Assembly (NCBI GenBank): GCA_963696295.1
Contig: CAVOJR010000001.1
Coordinates: 2,428,467 to 2,492,466, forward strand
Source: an uncultured Chlamydiae bacterium
GTDB taxonomy: Bacteria > Chlamydiota > Chlamydiia > Chlamydiales > JAJFMB01
Reading direction: 5' to 3'
Length of the DNA stretch: 64,000 nucleotides
Position numbers and translations under genes: made by a program. Under the pieces are notes generated by a model that did not search any database, was not told the DNA's origin, and worked only from the letters and a program-made list of their open reading frames with translations. This document shows positions 1 to 9,561 of this stretch, piece after piece (the stretch's first letter is position 1; the number at the start of each line of letters is the position of its first letter).

Positions 1-1349
1 ATTACATCCTGAAAGCGCGTAAAGTCGATAATGCAACGGTCTATGATGTCTATGGCAAAAATATCCGAGTTTTTTCTTCCCGATGCGCTCCTTCTCAAGC
101 GAAAAGGATTGCCATTACAGAAGATATCCAATTTGATATCAATAATTTAATTTATTCTGAGCCCATTTTAGATAGAGATATCACGCATCTTGATCTTGCC
201 TATTACAGTCGGTTTTATCCCAATTTTATAGTTAATCAAGGGGAACTGAGAAAATTTTTAGAAAAATTTCCCAATCTCACCTCGATTGCTATGGTGGAAT
301 CCCATATTGATACAGTGCTCGAGATTTGCTCCAACCTGACTTCGATTAAATTATATCGTTGCTCATCAACACGTCTTAAATTAATTATTGAAAAATTTCC
401 AAATCTGACCTCGCTCGATCTTTCGGATTGTAAGTCGGTAAAAATTAAGACGTTTGTGACAAGCCTTCCCGAATTAAGATCGATCAATTTGAGCGGTTGC
501 AGTATCAACAGTGAAGATATACAAATTCTTGCCAAGAGCCACCCAAATCTGATTTCGGTCAATTTATCCAGTAATGAAGAAATCGATGACAAGGCTATCA
601 TTGCTCTGGCAGAGAACAGTCATGAACTGGAATCGCTTGCTCTGTCACGCGGCTTATCATTCTCAGATAAAGCTCTTTGTTCCTTAATAGAGAAGTGCAC
701 AAAGCTCGCTTGGCTGGATCTCAGTTCTTGTAAGTTTTCAGATAAGCTGCTACTAAATTTGCATGCCCCTAATCTTTATTATATTAGTCTTATTAATAAC
801 GATCGCATTACCGATGAGGGAATCGAAGCCTTCATAACAAAGCATCCCAAGCTTACTTCGGTTTTTCTTGGATCATGTCCTAAAATAACCGATGCAGGAG
901 TTGAAAAGATCGCAGAAAGTCTGCATGAAAATCTGATTGCGATTGATATTTCATCGTGTAACCTTAAGGAGAAGGGATGTTTATCCCTAGCCCATTACTG
1001 TCCAAATCTCGGGTCAATTAAATTGTCTGCTAATAACTGTCCAAATATAGTTTCTTTAATTCTAAAACTTGGAATTGGCTGCCCAAATCTCTCTGAGATT
1101 AAACTGATCTCTGCTTCGTTCACAAATGAAGAGATTAAAGCTATTACACTAAAGCTTCCCAATCTTGCTTCCATTGTGTTGAAATCATGCCGCGTCACTC
1201 GGAGTTTTCTGGATATTCTGGTGCAAAATTGCCCCAGACTCGCTTCGATCACATTGGACGATTGTAGATATACGCGTAATAGCTATCTAGCTTTCAAAGA
1301 GGCTTATCCCCAAATCTCAATTTCCTGGTTCTCTGAATTTAATGATTAA
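1..1349 (+). CDS. Leucine-rich-repeat protein (eukaryote-like F-box/LRR, RI-type repeats); 5' end lies upstream of the window
   Basis: The frame is open from nt 3 (no stop) to TAA at 1347-1349. The first ATG in the track is at 291, but repeat-like sequence (DITHLDLAYYSRFYPNFIVNQGELRKFLEKFPNLTSI) continues upstream in the same frame. It carries at least 12 tandem ~25-aa repeats with a C-P-N-L-x-S-[ILV]-x-L-x-x-C core (EKFPNLTSLDLSDCKSV, HPKLTSVFLGSCPKITD, CPNLGSIKLSANNCPNI). Confidence 0.8.
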   Translation, partial: YILKARKVDNATVYDVYGKNIRVFSSRCAPSQAKRIAITEDIQFDINNLIYSEPILDRDITHLDLAYYSRFYPNFIVNQGELRKFLEKFPNLTSIAMVESHIDTVLEICSNLTSIKLYRCSSTRLKLIIEKFPNLTSLDLSDCKSVKIKTFVTSLPELRSINLSGCSINSEDIQILAKSHPNLISVNLSSNEEIDDKAIIALAENSHELESLALSRGLSFSDKALCSLIEKCTKLAWLDLSSCKFSDKLLLNLHAPNLYYISLINNDRITDEGIEAFITKHPKLTSVFLGSCPKITDAGVEKIAESLHENLIAIDISSCNLKEKGCLSLAHYCPNLGSIKLSANNCPNIVSLILKLGIGCPNLSEIKLISASFTNEEIKAITLKLPNLASIVLKSCRVTRSFLDILVQNCPRLASITLDDCRYTRNSYLAFKEAYPQISISWFSEFND

Positions 1350-1921
1350 TTTTGTCTGCGAAGGTAACAGATCGGCAAGAAGCCATGCGATATCAACAAC
1401 AGGAATTTGGTAAGTCTGGACGATTTCTTCTAGCGAATCTCCATAACATCTTGCCGATCTTTAGAAACTTCACCCAATCATCGAGCGAAGTGATAGAAGA
1501 TATGTAGGGCATATACAAAATCGGAGGATTAAACCCAACTTGGCAAAGCAATACGGAAAGGATGAGCAGATCGGTTCTGCCTTGACGTGTTCAAATTCTA
1601 ATTCTTGGTAAAGAACGGCTATCAATCGCAGTTTATCCTCACCGGTGACCGTGACGATTTTTTTGTTAAAATCGACCTTCAATTTACTCGATATTTCTCG
1701 TTTTTCTAAAGGGGCATACCATAGAGTCGTCTGGGAATTTTCCATATAGGGCCTGACGTTAGCGGACCGCGGGAGCTTTGACCCCTGAACTATGCTAATT
1801 GATCACCTTGAAAACGTAGCCGCTGCTTATTAGAGCCTCCACCACATCAGAAGTAGATGACAAGATAATGGCTGTAACTATTTTTACAAAAACAGAAAAA
1901 CATTGAAATTTTTGTTTATTG

Positions 1922-1950
1922 TTGACAATTAATTTAGGCTTAAATAAAAT
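1922..1950 (+). promoter_or_regulatory. Sigma-70-like promoter (TTGACA-17 nt-TAAAAT) about 72 nt upstream of the 2022 ORF
   Basis: TTGACA at 1922-1927, a 17-nt spacer, then TAAAAT at 1945-1950, all within an AT-rich intergenic region. Confidence 0.4.
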
Positions 1951-2021
1951 ATTCGCAAAAATAAGCAACAATAAAACCAAATTTTGAAGTTGTTTGTGTA
2001 TAACTTACTTGAGGAAAAATC

Positions 2022-2687
2022 ATGAATATTGGCGCAGTAGTAGCATACATGGGTATGATCAATCAGAGCGAAGTGAATCGCTCGGTAAAATTGTCTGAAG
2101 TAAAATGGCCTGCGGCAATAGGCTCTGTTGTCAGCGTAGCCGCTATAGCTTTTAATTCTATTAGCTTAGCCTTTCTAGGAAGTGGATTGCTAACCTATGC
2201 ATACTGTAAGAAAAAACAAGCTGATGAACATCTCGCTTTTTTGCAAGGAGCCAGAAACCTCGTCCAGGCCCAAGTAAAAGGAAATCCCAAACCTTACCAC
2301 ACACATTCAACAACGACGTATGGTGACTTAAAAATTTCAGTTATGTCTGGCTGCCTAACACAACAGACCACCGATGCCCTTGGATACACAATGCTCGGCG
2401 TAGAAGAGGAGCAATGCAGTGTATTAACCGAAAACAACCATAATTTAATCTTAGGTAAAGATAGCGGCAAATTAGACAATTACTACAAGGACTTTAAAGC
2501 AATTCTTACAGAAGCCAAAAAACAAGGCGCTCAAACTGTCGCTTTAAGAATTGATACTAGAGTTGCCAACGTCGTCCTCAAGAATAGAAAAGAATTCGAA
2601 GAGAAGATCGCGGCCGATTTTTCCGACTCCTATAAAGCAGTGAACCTCGTTTTCCCCGCCAACTATCCTGTCAATGTGAATTCTTAA
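2022..2687 (+). CDS. Hypothetical membrane protein with a long bilobed hydrophobic segment (Inc-like)
   Basis: An ATG with the promoter just upstream opens a 221-aa ORF. Residues ~30-65 (AAIGSVVSVAAIAFNSISLAFLGSGLLTYAY) form a ~35-aa hydrophobic stretch of the type seen in chlamydial inclusion-membrane proteins. The remainder is hydrophilic. Confidence 0.5.
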   Translation: MNIGAVVAYMGMINQSEVNRSVKLSEVKWPAAIGSVVSVAAIAFNSISLAFLGSGLLTYAYCKKKQADEHLAFLQGARNLVQAQVKGNPKPYHTHSTTTYGDLKISVMSGCLTQQTTDALGYTMLGVEEEQCSVLTENNHNLILGKDSGKLDNYYKDFKAILTEAKKQGAQTVALRIDTRVANVVLKNRKEFEEKIAADFSDSYKAVNLVFPANYPVNVNS

Positions 2688-3030
2688 GGTGAGAAAGGCC
2701 TTAGGGATCGTATAAAAATAACTTTGACATTTCTCGAGGGAAAAATCGATTCATCTCGAGTGTAATTTTCCTCAGAGGTATTCCACTGATACTCTCTTCG
2801 GAAAATTCCTCTCGATCAAACGATCTATGTCCCCCATAAAATCAGGCTTCCTTTGTAAAGAAATTCTTAACATTTCTTATGTCTGAATCCGGAAATTTCT
2901 ACTTTGCTGTTACATTTAATATATAAATCTTCTTAATTATTCTTTAATGTGAAAGATATTATTTGAAAAATTATTTATATTAAAACTTTAATTATTGTAT
3001 AATTATAATTATTAAGCTAGGTGGTATATT

Positions 3031-3936
3031 ATGGACTACAATACTTGTGACCTTAATGCTGCAAAACTAAGCTATTACCATCCCGCTGAACCGTCGGAAA
3101 ATACCAACCCCAAAACACTATTGTTCATTCACGGAATGGGCAGTTCAAAAGAAACGTGGAAAAATGTTATCGAACCCCTAAAAGATCAATATGATATTTA
3201 TGCTATTGATTTGCGAGGTTATGGGGAAACACCTCTTGGTCAAGTTGGGTTTACAGTGGATTACACTCTAGATCAACTCTCTGCTGATATTCACAAATTT
3301 GTCACAGAAAATCATTTAAATAACGTTGTAGTGGTTGGCCACTCCGCGGGCGCTATTGTTTCAATTGCTTATGCCAGTCAACATCCAGACGAAGTAAAAG
3401 GCCTCATTATAGAAGATATGGATTTAGAAATGCCGGCAAGCGAGCCAAAATTAACTGATAGTCAGATAAAACAATTAACAGGAGATCTATCGACATCGGA
3501 AACCTATACAAGTGTAGATTTAGCCAAAACGAAAATAGATGCTCTTCAGATTGCTGAGGGCGATAAAACTACCTTCAAAACGGGTGAAATTAAAAAAACA
3601 CTTGATGGAAAAAAATATGTGATCACCGCTCGCCCCTATACCGATCGTTTAGTGAGCAACGAGTGGAAAAAGGCGAGCGCTGCTTCGAAAAGCAAAAGCA
3701 AAGAAAATTTTAAGACTCTAAAAGAAAAAAATATTCCCGTTATGCTTTTAAAGGCTAGGCCTAAAATTGTTACGGACAAAGATAAATCCCACGTGTCGGA
3801 TGAAGGACTTAAAAATATGAAAATACTGAATCCGAAAATGGAAGTAATTGAAATTGAGGATTCCACACATAACATCCATAAATCTAAACCAGATGCTTTT
3901 GTCAAAAATGTGAGAGAATTTATTGACAAAGGATAG
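3031..3936 (+). CDS. Alpha/beta-fold hydrolase (serine hydrolase, G-H-S-A-G nucleophile elbow)
   Basis: An RBS (AGGTGG) precedes the ATG. LLFIHGMGSSKETW is an oxyanion/HG-type motif and VVVGHSAGAIV is the nucleophile elbow. There is a C-terminal His (DSTHNIH). The ORF is 301 aa. Confidence 0.75.
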   Translation: MDYNTCDLNAAKLSYYHPAEPSENTNPKTLLFIHGMGSSKETWKNVIEPLKDQYDIYAIDLRGYGETPLGQVGFTVDYTLDQLSADIHKFVTENHLNNVVVVGHSAGAIVSIAYASQHPDEVKGLIIEDMDLEMPASEPKLTDSQIKQLTGDLSTSETYTSVDLAKTKIDALQIAEGDKTTFKTGEIKKTLDGKKYVITARPYTDRLVSNEWKKASAASKSKSKENFKTLKEKNIPVMLLKARPKIVTDKDKSHVSDEGLKNMKILNPKMEVIEIEDSTHNIHKSKPDAFVKNVREFIDKG

Positions 3937-4351
3937 GAAGAATAAGGGTGTAATAACCTTTCATTACCCAAAGATATTATTTTTGTCTCAAGAAAAACGA
4001 GGCAGAAAATGATCAAAAAACAAGACTCTTGGTGTGGCAAATGACCAAGAGTGCGATCTTTAAATTTTTGAACCTCTTCATGGAAATTTTTAGTGGATAA
4101 TTTTAGCATCAAAGCTCCCGCGGTTCGCCGATCGTAAGTGGGCTAGTATTAACTCATACAAGTCGGGCTTTAGATATTGTGGTCTTGGTTGAAGTCATAA
4201 TAAATGAACAGCGGTCGCCAAACGAATTTTAAAAGGGCTTATGAGAAAGGGGCAAGGTCACGACCTTTGTCAAGGTAAAATTGCCATTTTATCAGATATT
4301 TCCAGCATTTAAAAGAAGAGCGTCCCGCAATCTCTTGAAAAATATTATACG

Positions 4352-5041
4352 TTGATTTTAAATCACTTATATGTTAAAATGATTTTTATTAAATTCGAGG
4401 TTTTTATGACTTTTTTTATTGCAAATCTGTCAAATACGGGTCAGCCATTGTTTACAACACTTAGAAATTTTATAGGTTTTCTTGGCATTCGCTGCGTAAC
4501 CTTAGTCTCCTCATCCCCCCTAGCAAAGATTTCATTAGTGGCAACCGCAGCCTTTGGATTCTATAAATTATATGAACATTATAATAATCCCTTTAATGTT
4601 ACTAGGCGTGCTGGTAAAGATTTGATTGATTCTTGGGTCAATGCTCATAGAGCTGTAATGGATGCATCGAAATCTTGTGAAAAGAATGACTTTAACGCTT
4701 CTCATGAACTGATTCAGAGTATGTTGGTAAAAATCAATACTGCTGTAGCTTCAGCTAAAAAATATACTGCATCACGCGATTTAATGCTTAAAATAGCTAT
4801 TAACAACAAAGAAGCAAATGATTTAAAAGAAGGTCTGAAAAACGGTATAGCTCCTCAGCTGGCCGTTGTTGAAATTTATGACCAGATGGCTAAAAGCATT
4901 GAAAAAAATCCAAAAGCTAAGGACGCGAATACTTCTAGAGAAGCTTTTTTAATGGGTATGGCTGAATTCTTTGTTCCTAACCAAGAAATTATTAAAGCCG
5001 CCTGTGTGCATGTGGTCCCCAAAATTAGGACAGCATCATAG
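4352..5041 (+). CDS. Hypothetical protein with an N-terminal hydrophobic segment (possible Inc-like or secreted)
   Basis: The ORF is 229 aa and AT-rich. Residues ~40-75 are hydrophobic (FLGIRCVTLVSSSPLAKISLVATAAFGFY). No recognisable catalytic motif. The true start may be the internal Met at MTFFIANL. Confidence 0.4.
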   Translation: MILNHLYVKMIFIKFEVFMTFFIANLSNTGQPLFTTLRNFIGFLGIRCVTLVSSSPLAKISLVATAAFGFYKLYEHYNNPFNVTRRAGKDLIDSWVNAHRAVMDASKSCEKNDFNASHELIQSMLVKINTAVASAKKYTASRDLMLKIAINNKEANDLKEGLKNGIAPQLAVVEIYDQMAKSIEKNPKAKDANTSREAFLMGMAEFFVPNQEIIKAACVHVVPKIRTAS

Positions 5042-5217
5042 ACTTAGGATGGAAAAATCGATCAGTTTCGGTCCTTCCATGGAACTTTAGCTGAATTAAG
5101 TTTTTTACTCCTCCAATTTACGTGACTTTTTCAAGTTAATACGTACAGGCCCCTTGAGGCTCTTTGCCGTTGTATCCTTGGCATTTGAAAATTAAGGCCT
5201 GCTTCTGCACCACCCCG

Positions 5218-5616
5218 TTAGCCATCGAAAATGGGCTTTATCCCTAGAAACTCTACCTTCGAAAAATAGGGGAGGAGCTCTTTTTGCACCCCGTCGATGT
5301 AGGTTTGGTCCCATTTATTCATGTGAGGGCCGTTCTCGGCGAGGACAAAGAAGCCGGTCTTGCCAATCTGCTCGTCCGCGAGGCTGGGCCAACAGCAAAA
5401 CTGATTTTGCCGGTAATGCTGCAGGTTGAGAAAATAGGCGCGCTGCCCATTGCCGTAGAAGCTCAATAGGCTGCTCATTTGGTACCGGTCGCTGAAGAGA
5501 AAATTTTCCTTGGGATCATAACCCATTTCCGTGACTAACTTACCCATGAGATTCCACCCCATATAGTGACGGAAGATATTGATTTTATAGGGGATGAAAA
5601 AGGATAGGAAGAACAA
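5218..5616 (-). pseudogene. Gene fragment of unknown family lacking a start codon (possibly the C-terminal part of a membrane glycosyltransferase-like protein)
   Basis: The 132-aa frame has no ATG; the track's M is a TTG, and the frame opens immediately after a stop. It is GC-richer than its neighbours. It abuts the 22-bp motif at 5597-5620. Confidence 0.3.
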
Positions 5617-5640
5617 GCAGCAGCTTCGGGAAAGTACTTA

Positions 5641-6457
5641 GTGCAGCAAGGCGCTCCGTTCGATGCAGAAAACAACTCTTTAGGGACACCTTTAAACTTT
5701 GCCGCTTTTGAAGGGAATTTAGATGGAGTAAAATGGCTTCTTTCTAAAAAGGCCAATCTCGATCGAGGATTCCAAAACGTCACTCCCCTTGCACAAGCGA
5801 TCCTGGGAGAAAAGTATGCAGTTGCTAAATACCTCGTGCAAAATGGCGCGAGCCTTAAGCCGCTTAATGACGGTGTATATTCTCCTCTTTATTTGATAGG
5901 AGGTAAGAAAGAAACTCCAGAGAGGGACGAAATTATCCAGCTGATGATCTCTAAGGGCGCTCAGTTAACAGAAAATGAAAAAGGCATGGAGGTTGGCAAG
6001 TTAATCGATTCTAAAAAATCTTTCAAGACACTGTGCAAAGAGGCGACCTTTACGCTGTAATGGGTTAATGCAGGGCAATACTGCTATGAGCGCCTTTGGC
6101 AAGACACCTGCTATGGTAGCTTTGCAAGCACTTTGCAATCGCTCACTATTTAATGGAAAAAGGCGCTAAGCTTAATGAGGAATGCGGGTTTCAGTACAAG
6201 CAGGGAATTTAGATTCATCCTCAGGAAGTGCCACTCTTTCCTATCAAGTGGAGAGGGGTTCAGCAGTCGAGAAGACTAGGGCAGTCAAAAAGAATTGGGA
6301 TGCAGACCCTGAGGGAGAGTTGGCAAGATTTCAAAATGAAAAGTCCGAACTTTATGATAGGACAGTAAAGTTTTTTAGGATTAAATCGGAGATCATATCA
6401 TTCTGTGCGTATACATGGCTGAAGATTCAGCCACGAGTTCTCTATTTTCGTCAATAG
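5641..6457 (+). pseudogene. Ankyrin-repeat protein gene, 5'-truncated and frameshifted
   Basis: ORF 5641-6060 encodes at least 3 ankyrin repeats (GTPLNFAAFEGNLDGVKWLLSKKANLD; TPLAQAILGEKYAVAKYLVQNGASL) but starts inside a repeat right after a stop. Downstream, ankyrin-like sequence continues in other frames (GKTPAMVALQ...; LLEKGAKLNE), which implies frameshifts. The second ORF, 6182-6457, is unrelated in sequence. Confidence 0.6.
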
Positions 6458-6480
6458 GGGAATTTCTCCCCTAAATACAA

Positions 6481-7500
6481 TCAGAAGCTAAAACAGCCCG
6501 TCAAGGTTAAACCGTGAAGATAAAGATCCCCCGGTCCTGCATTTATTCCAGTGGTTTCCAAGTCATTTAACAGGCGCAGCATATTTTGACCCCAAAGATA
6601 GTTGATGTCATAAGTTGCAGCCAGATGGATATGATACCGATTGCAAGCAAGCCAAGTGCCCCAGCCAAACCCAAAATTAGCTTCTGCCATTGGCCGTACG
6701 CAGTCATAATCGCGTATTTCGTACGAGATCCCATTTTCAATTGCGTTTATAGCAGTCTCTGAGTGAGAGACATTGGTAAATCTTGTAAATAATAAGCTGG
6801 AACCTAACTTTCCTTGAATGGAAAAGCCCCTTCCTAAAAAGAGCTTCCCATCGATACCGCATCTTGGCCCGATGCCCCATGATTTCAGGTTATTGTACGA
6901 ATGCAAAATATCTGTTATGGCTATATTGAGCACTCCAATGGCATCAATATTGAGGGACTGCTCTATCCAAGAGGCCCTAAATCCAATGAATGGAGAGGCT
7001 GAAAAGCAATTCGATTGGAATGTACTCGATGCTTCAACATCCAGCCAATCTAATCCAAGATGCCATTTGGATGCTAGTTTCGAAGCGGCTATGTTTTGCT
7101 GTTGGGGAGAGACCAGGAAAAACCAATTGGTAAATAAGATGCCTCCTGTGGCAACGTTAGACTTTATCCCCTGCTTTGAGAAGTTTGTGCTGTTGTGAAA
7201 ACGGGTATAAGTTGCGCGAACCATCCAGGGATCACAAGGAGAAATTGCGCCGACCCCAATCTTAAATCCGGAGCCAAAGTCAAAATTTTGAAAAATAACC
7301 TCTCTTTTTTGTGCAAAAGGAAAAACCGCATTCACATTGGGAAGATAAGACGCCGGTGTGGCCAAGTCCAATCCCTCTTCTCCGCTTTGCCAATAAAGGT
7401 AAGAGATATCTCCGAATAGCCGCCAGATATCTGAGCGGGGAGCAAGCTGTGCGCTCAAAGTGAAAACAGAAAAAGTGGTGATCAAGAGAAGATATTTCAT
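6481..7500 (-). CDS. Outer-membrane beta-barrel protein (porin candidate)
   Basis: There is a signal peptide (MKYLLLITTFSVFTLSAQLA) and a C-terminal aromatic (..TGCFSF-stop) typical of OMPs. Amphipathic strands alternate throughout, with many Gly/aromatic residues. The track ORF 6481-7548 has 16 extra N-terminal codons that are probably not translated. Confidence 0.6.
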   Translation of the reverse strand: MKYLLLITTFSVFTLSAQLAPRSDIWRLFGDISYLYWQSGEEGLDLATPASYLPNVNAVFPFAQKREVIFQNFDFGSGFKIGVGAISPCDPWMVRATYTRFHNSTNFSKQGIKSNVATGGILFTNWFFLVSPQQQNIAASKLASKWHLGLDWLDVEASSTFQSNCFSASPFIGFRASWIEQSLNIDAIGVLNIAITDILHSYNNLKSWGIGPRCGIDGKLFLGRGFSIQGKLGSSLLFTRFTNVSHSETAINAIENGISYEIRDYDCVRPMAEANFGFGWGTWLACNRYHIHLAATYDINYLWGQNMLRLLNDLETTGINAGPGDLYLHGLTLTGCFSF

Positions 7501-7611
7501 CATAACGCTGTTCCTTGTGTATTTCATTTGTCTAAAAATAAATAGCAAAAAAAAATAAATTAATCAAGATTTATCTTGTCAATTTTTAGACAAATTTGTT
7601 ACATTTCAGAT

Positions 7612-9561
7612 ATGATTCAGATTTTCGTTTTCCTATTTTCTCTTTTCTCTGTGGCTCAAGGGGCTAATAATCCAAATCCACCTGAATGGCCCTCCAATGT
7701 AAAGATATTTACAACGGCCACGCCGACATCGGAGATACAAGCCGTGGCGGATGCCATTTTTGCCACCAACGGAGGAAAAAACGATAATGGGCATTTTGTC
7801 AACGTGGGTTATGCCCTTCTTTTTGCTCCGGGAACTTATACAGAGTTAAACATTAATATTGGCTACTACACCTCGATTATGGGTTTGGGAATTAATATTT
7901 CCGATACAGAAATTAATAGCGTCTCATCGCCTCAAGGAAATGATGATCCAACAATTGGCGCTTTAAATTCTTTTTGGCGCTCGGCAGAAAATTTTTCTAC
8001 AACTCCGGCAGAGTATTGGTATCCGACCGGCCTCATCGGCATGACTTGGGCTGTATCGCAAGCCGCGCCGCTGCGTAAAGTGAATGTCAATGGACTATTA
8101 TTCCTCTTTCAGTTGTCGCCCAATTATGCCTCAGGCTATTCCAGCGGGGGGTTTATGGCTGACTGCACCGTTACCGGCACTTTGAAAACGGAGAGCGCCA
8201 TCACTTCCGGTTCTCAGCAGCAGTGGATAACGAGAAATTCCGATATGTCCGTACCGCCGGATGCGACAAAACCCGCCTGGTCAAATGGGGTTTGGAACCA
8301 AGTATTTGTCGGCTGCATCGGGGCGCCTGATAGCCACTGCAGCAATTGCCCTAACGGCGAAGTCCCCCCATGCTCTTGCAAGAACTGCCACTCGACTGAC
8401 TGCACCACAACTTGCACCGGGAACCCCTATACAAACGTGGAAAAAACCCCTGTCATTGCGGAAAAACCCTTCATCGTTACAGACTCTGCTGCGACAAAAT
8501 ATAGCCTTTACATCCCTCAAATTGAGTATAATAAGGTGGGAACATCGAAAGATAATAATAGTCCTGTTGACACTGTCGATTTTTCTGAAGTTTATGTCGC
8601 AACTTCCGCAGATACCGCAGAGACTATCAACTCGGCAATAAATGAGGGCTGTCATATTATCCTCACGCCCGGAACCTATAACTTGACCGATTCTATTAAA
8701 GTCAACCAGGCAAATACTGTTGTCTTGGGGATTGGGTTCCCCATTCTCATTTCAACCACAGGAAAGCCTTGCATCGTTGTGGGATCTGTAAATGGAGTGA
8801 GGGTGGGGGGCGTTTTACTCCAGGCCGGCCCAAGCGTCGATCCCGTTACTCCAACCCTGCTCCAATGGGGGTCCAAAGGGGATCAATCGATTACGAGCGG
8901 CTTTCTTTACGATTGTTTTGCAAGATGCGGGAGGTTTAGTGGAGACCCGGCAGAGTTGCATAATCAGACTAATCTTTTCGTGCAAATTAATAGCTCCAAT
9001 GTAGTGTGTGATAATCTTTGGCTATGGAGAGCGGATCACGACAGCATAGAACTGGTCCATGACGGTGAAAATAGCTGCCTGACGGGTTGTGAAATAAATG
9101 GCGATAACGTCACAGCTTATGGGCTTTGCCCCGAGCACACTTTGAATGATCTTTGCCGCTGGAACGGTAACAATGGGAGATGTTATATGTTCCAAGCTGA
9201 GTTTCCTTATGATGTGAAACCCGCATATGGGGAATTAGACTATACTGGTTATCGAGTAGATGAATCCGTTATTTTGCATGAAGGGTATGGAATTGGCCTC
9301 TATTCCTTCTTTAGAGACTATGCTAATGTGTATGTCAAAAGCGGGATGTATGCGCCGGCTAGCCCCGGGATAAAATTCACGAATTGCTTAACCCGCTATT
9401 TGAATGGAAATGGAGGGATTTTAGCTGTTTTGAATGGCAATTTGGGACTGAATCCCAATGCGCCTTCTTCTGCGGTGAATGCTAATTATCCAGGGCCTGC
9501 TTACCTTTGTAACTATGTCGGGACTGTTATGCAGCCGCGCACACGATCCCGTAGAATGTGA
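7612..9561 (+). CDS. Secreted Cys-rich protein with two pectate-lyase-superfamily-like (right-handed beta-helix) modules
   Basis: There is a signal peptide (MIQIFVFLFSLFSVAQG). The motif 'T-x-x-I-Q-x-A-I...' followed by 'PGTY' occurs twice: EIQAVADAIFAT..LLFAPGTYTEL and AETINSAINEGCHIILTPGTYNLTD. A Cys-rich linker lies between them (CSNCPNGEVPPCSCKNCHSTDCTTTCTG). Length is ~649 aa from the internal Met. Confidence 0.45.
   Translation: MIQIFVFLFSLFSVAQGANNPNPPEWPSNVKIFTTATPTSEIQAVADAIFATNGGKNDNGHFVNVGYALLFAPGTYTELNINIGYYTSIMGLGINISDTEINSVSSPQGNDDPTIGALNSFWRSAENFSTTPAEYWYPTGLIGMTWAVSQAAPLRKVNVNGLLFLFQLSPNYASGYSSGGFMADCTVTGTLKTESAITSGSQQQWITRNSDMSVPPDATKPAWSNGVWNQVFVGCIGAPDSHCSNCPNGEVPPCSCKNCHSTDCTTTCTGNPYTNVEKTPVIAEKPFIVTDSAATKYSLYIPQIEYNKVGTSKDNNSPVDTVDFSEVYVATSADTAETINSAINEGCHIILTPGTYNLTDSIKVNQANTVVLGIGFPILISTTGKPCIVVGSVNGVRVGGVLLQAGPSVDPVTPTLLQWGSKGDQSITSGFLYDCFARCGRFSGDPAELHNQTNLFVQINSSNVVCDNLWLWRADHDSIELVHDGENSCLTGCEINGDNVTAYGLCPEHTLNDLCRWNGNNGRCYMFQAEFPYDVKPAYGELDYTGYRVDESVILHEGYGIGLYSFFRDYANVYVKSGMYAPASPGIKFTNCLTRYLNGNGGILAVLNGNLGLNPNAPSSAVNANYPGPAYLCNYVGTVMQPRTRSRRM

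Noticed and set aside
236-601. 121-aa minus-strand ORF
   Set aside because: Antisense to the LRR gene. It mirrors the repeat periodicity and has no independent support.
1470-1745. 91-aa minus-strand ORF downstream of the LRR gene
   Set aside because: No motif, start context or homology-like features. Possibly a fragment, not supportable.
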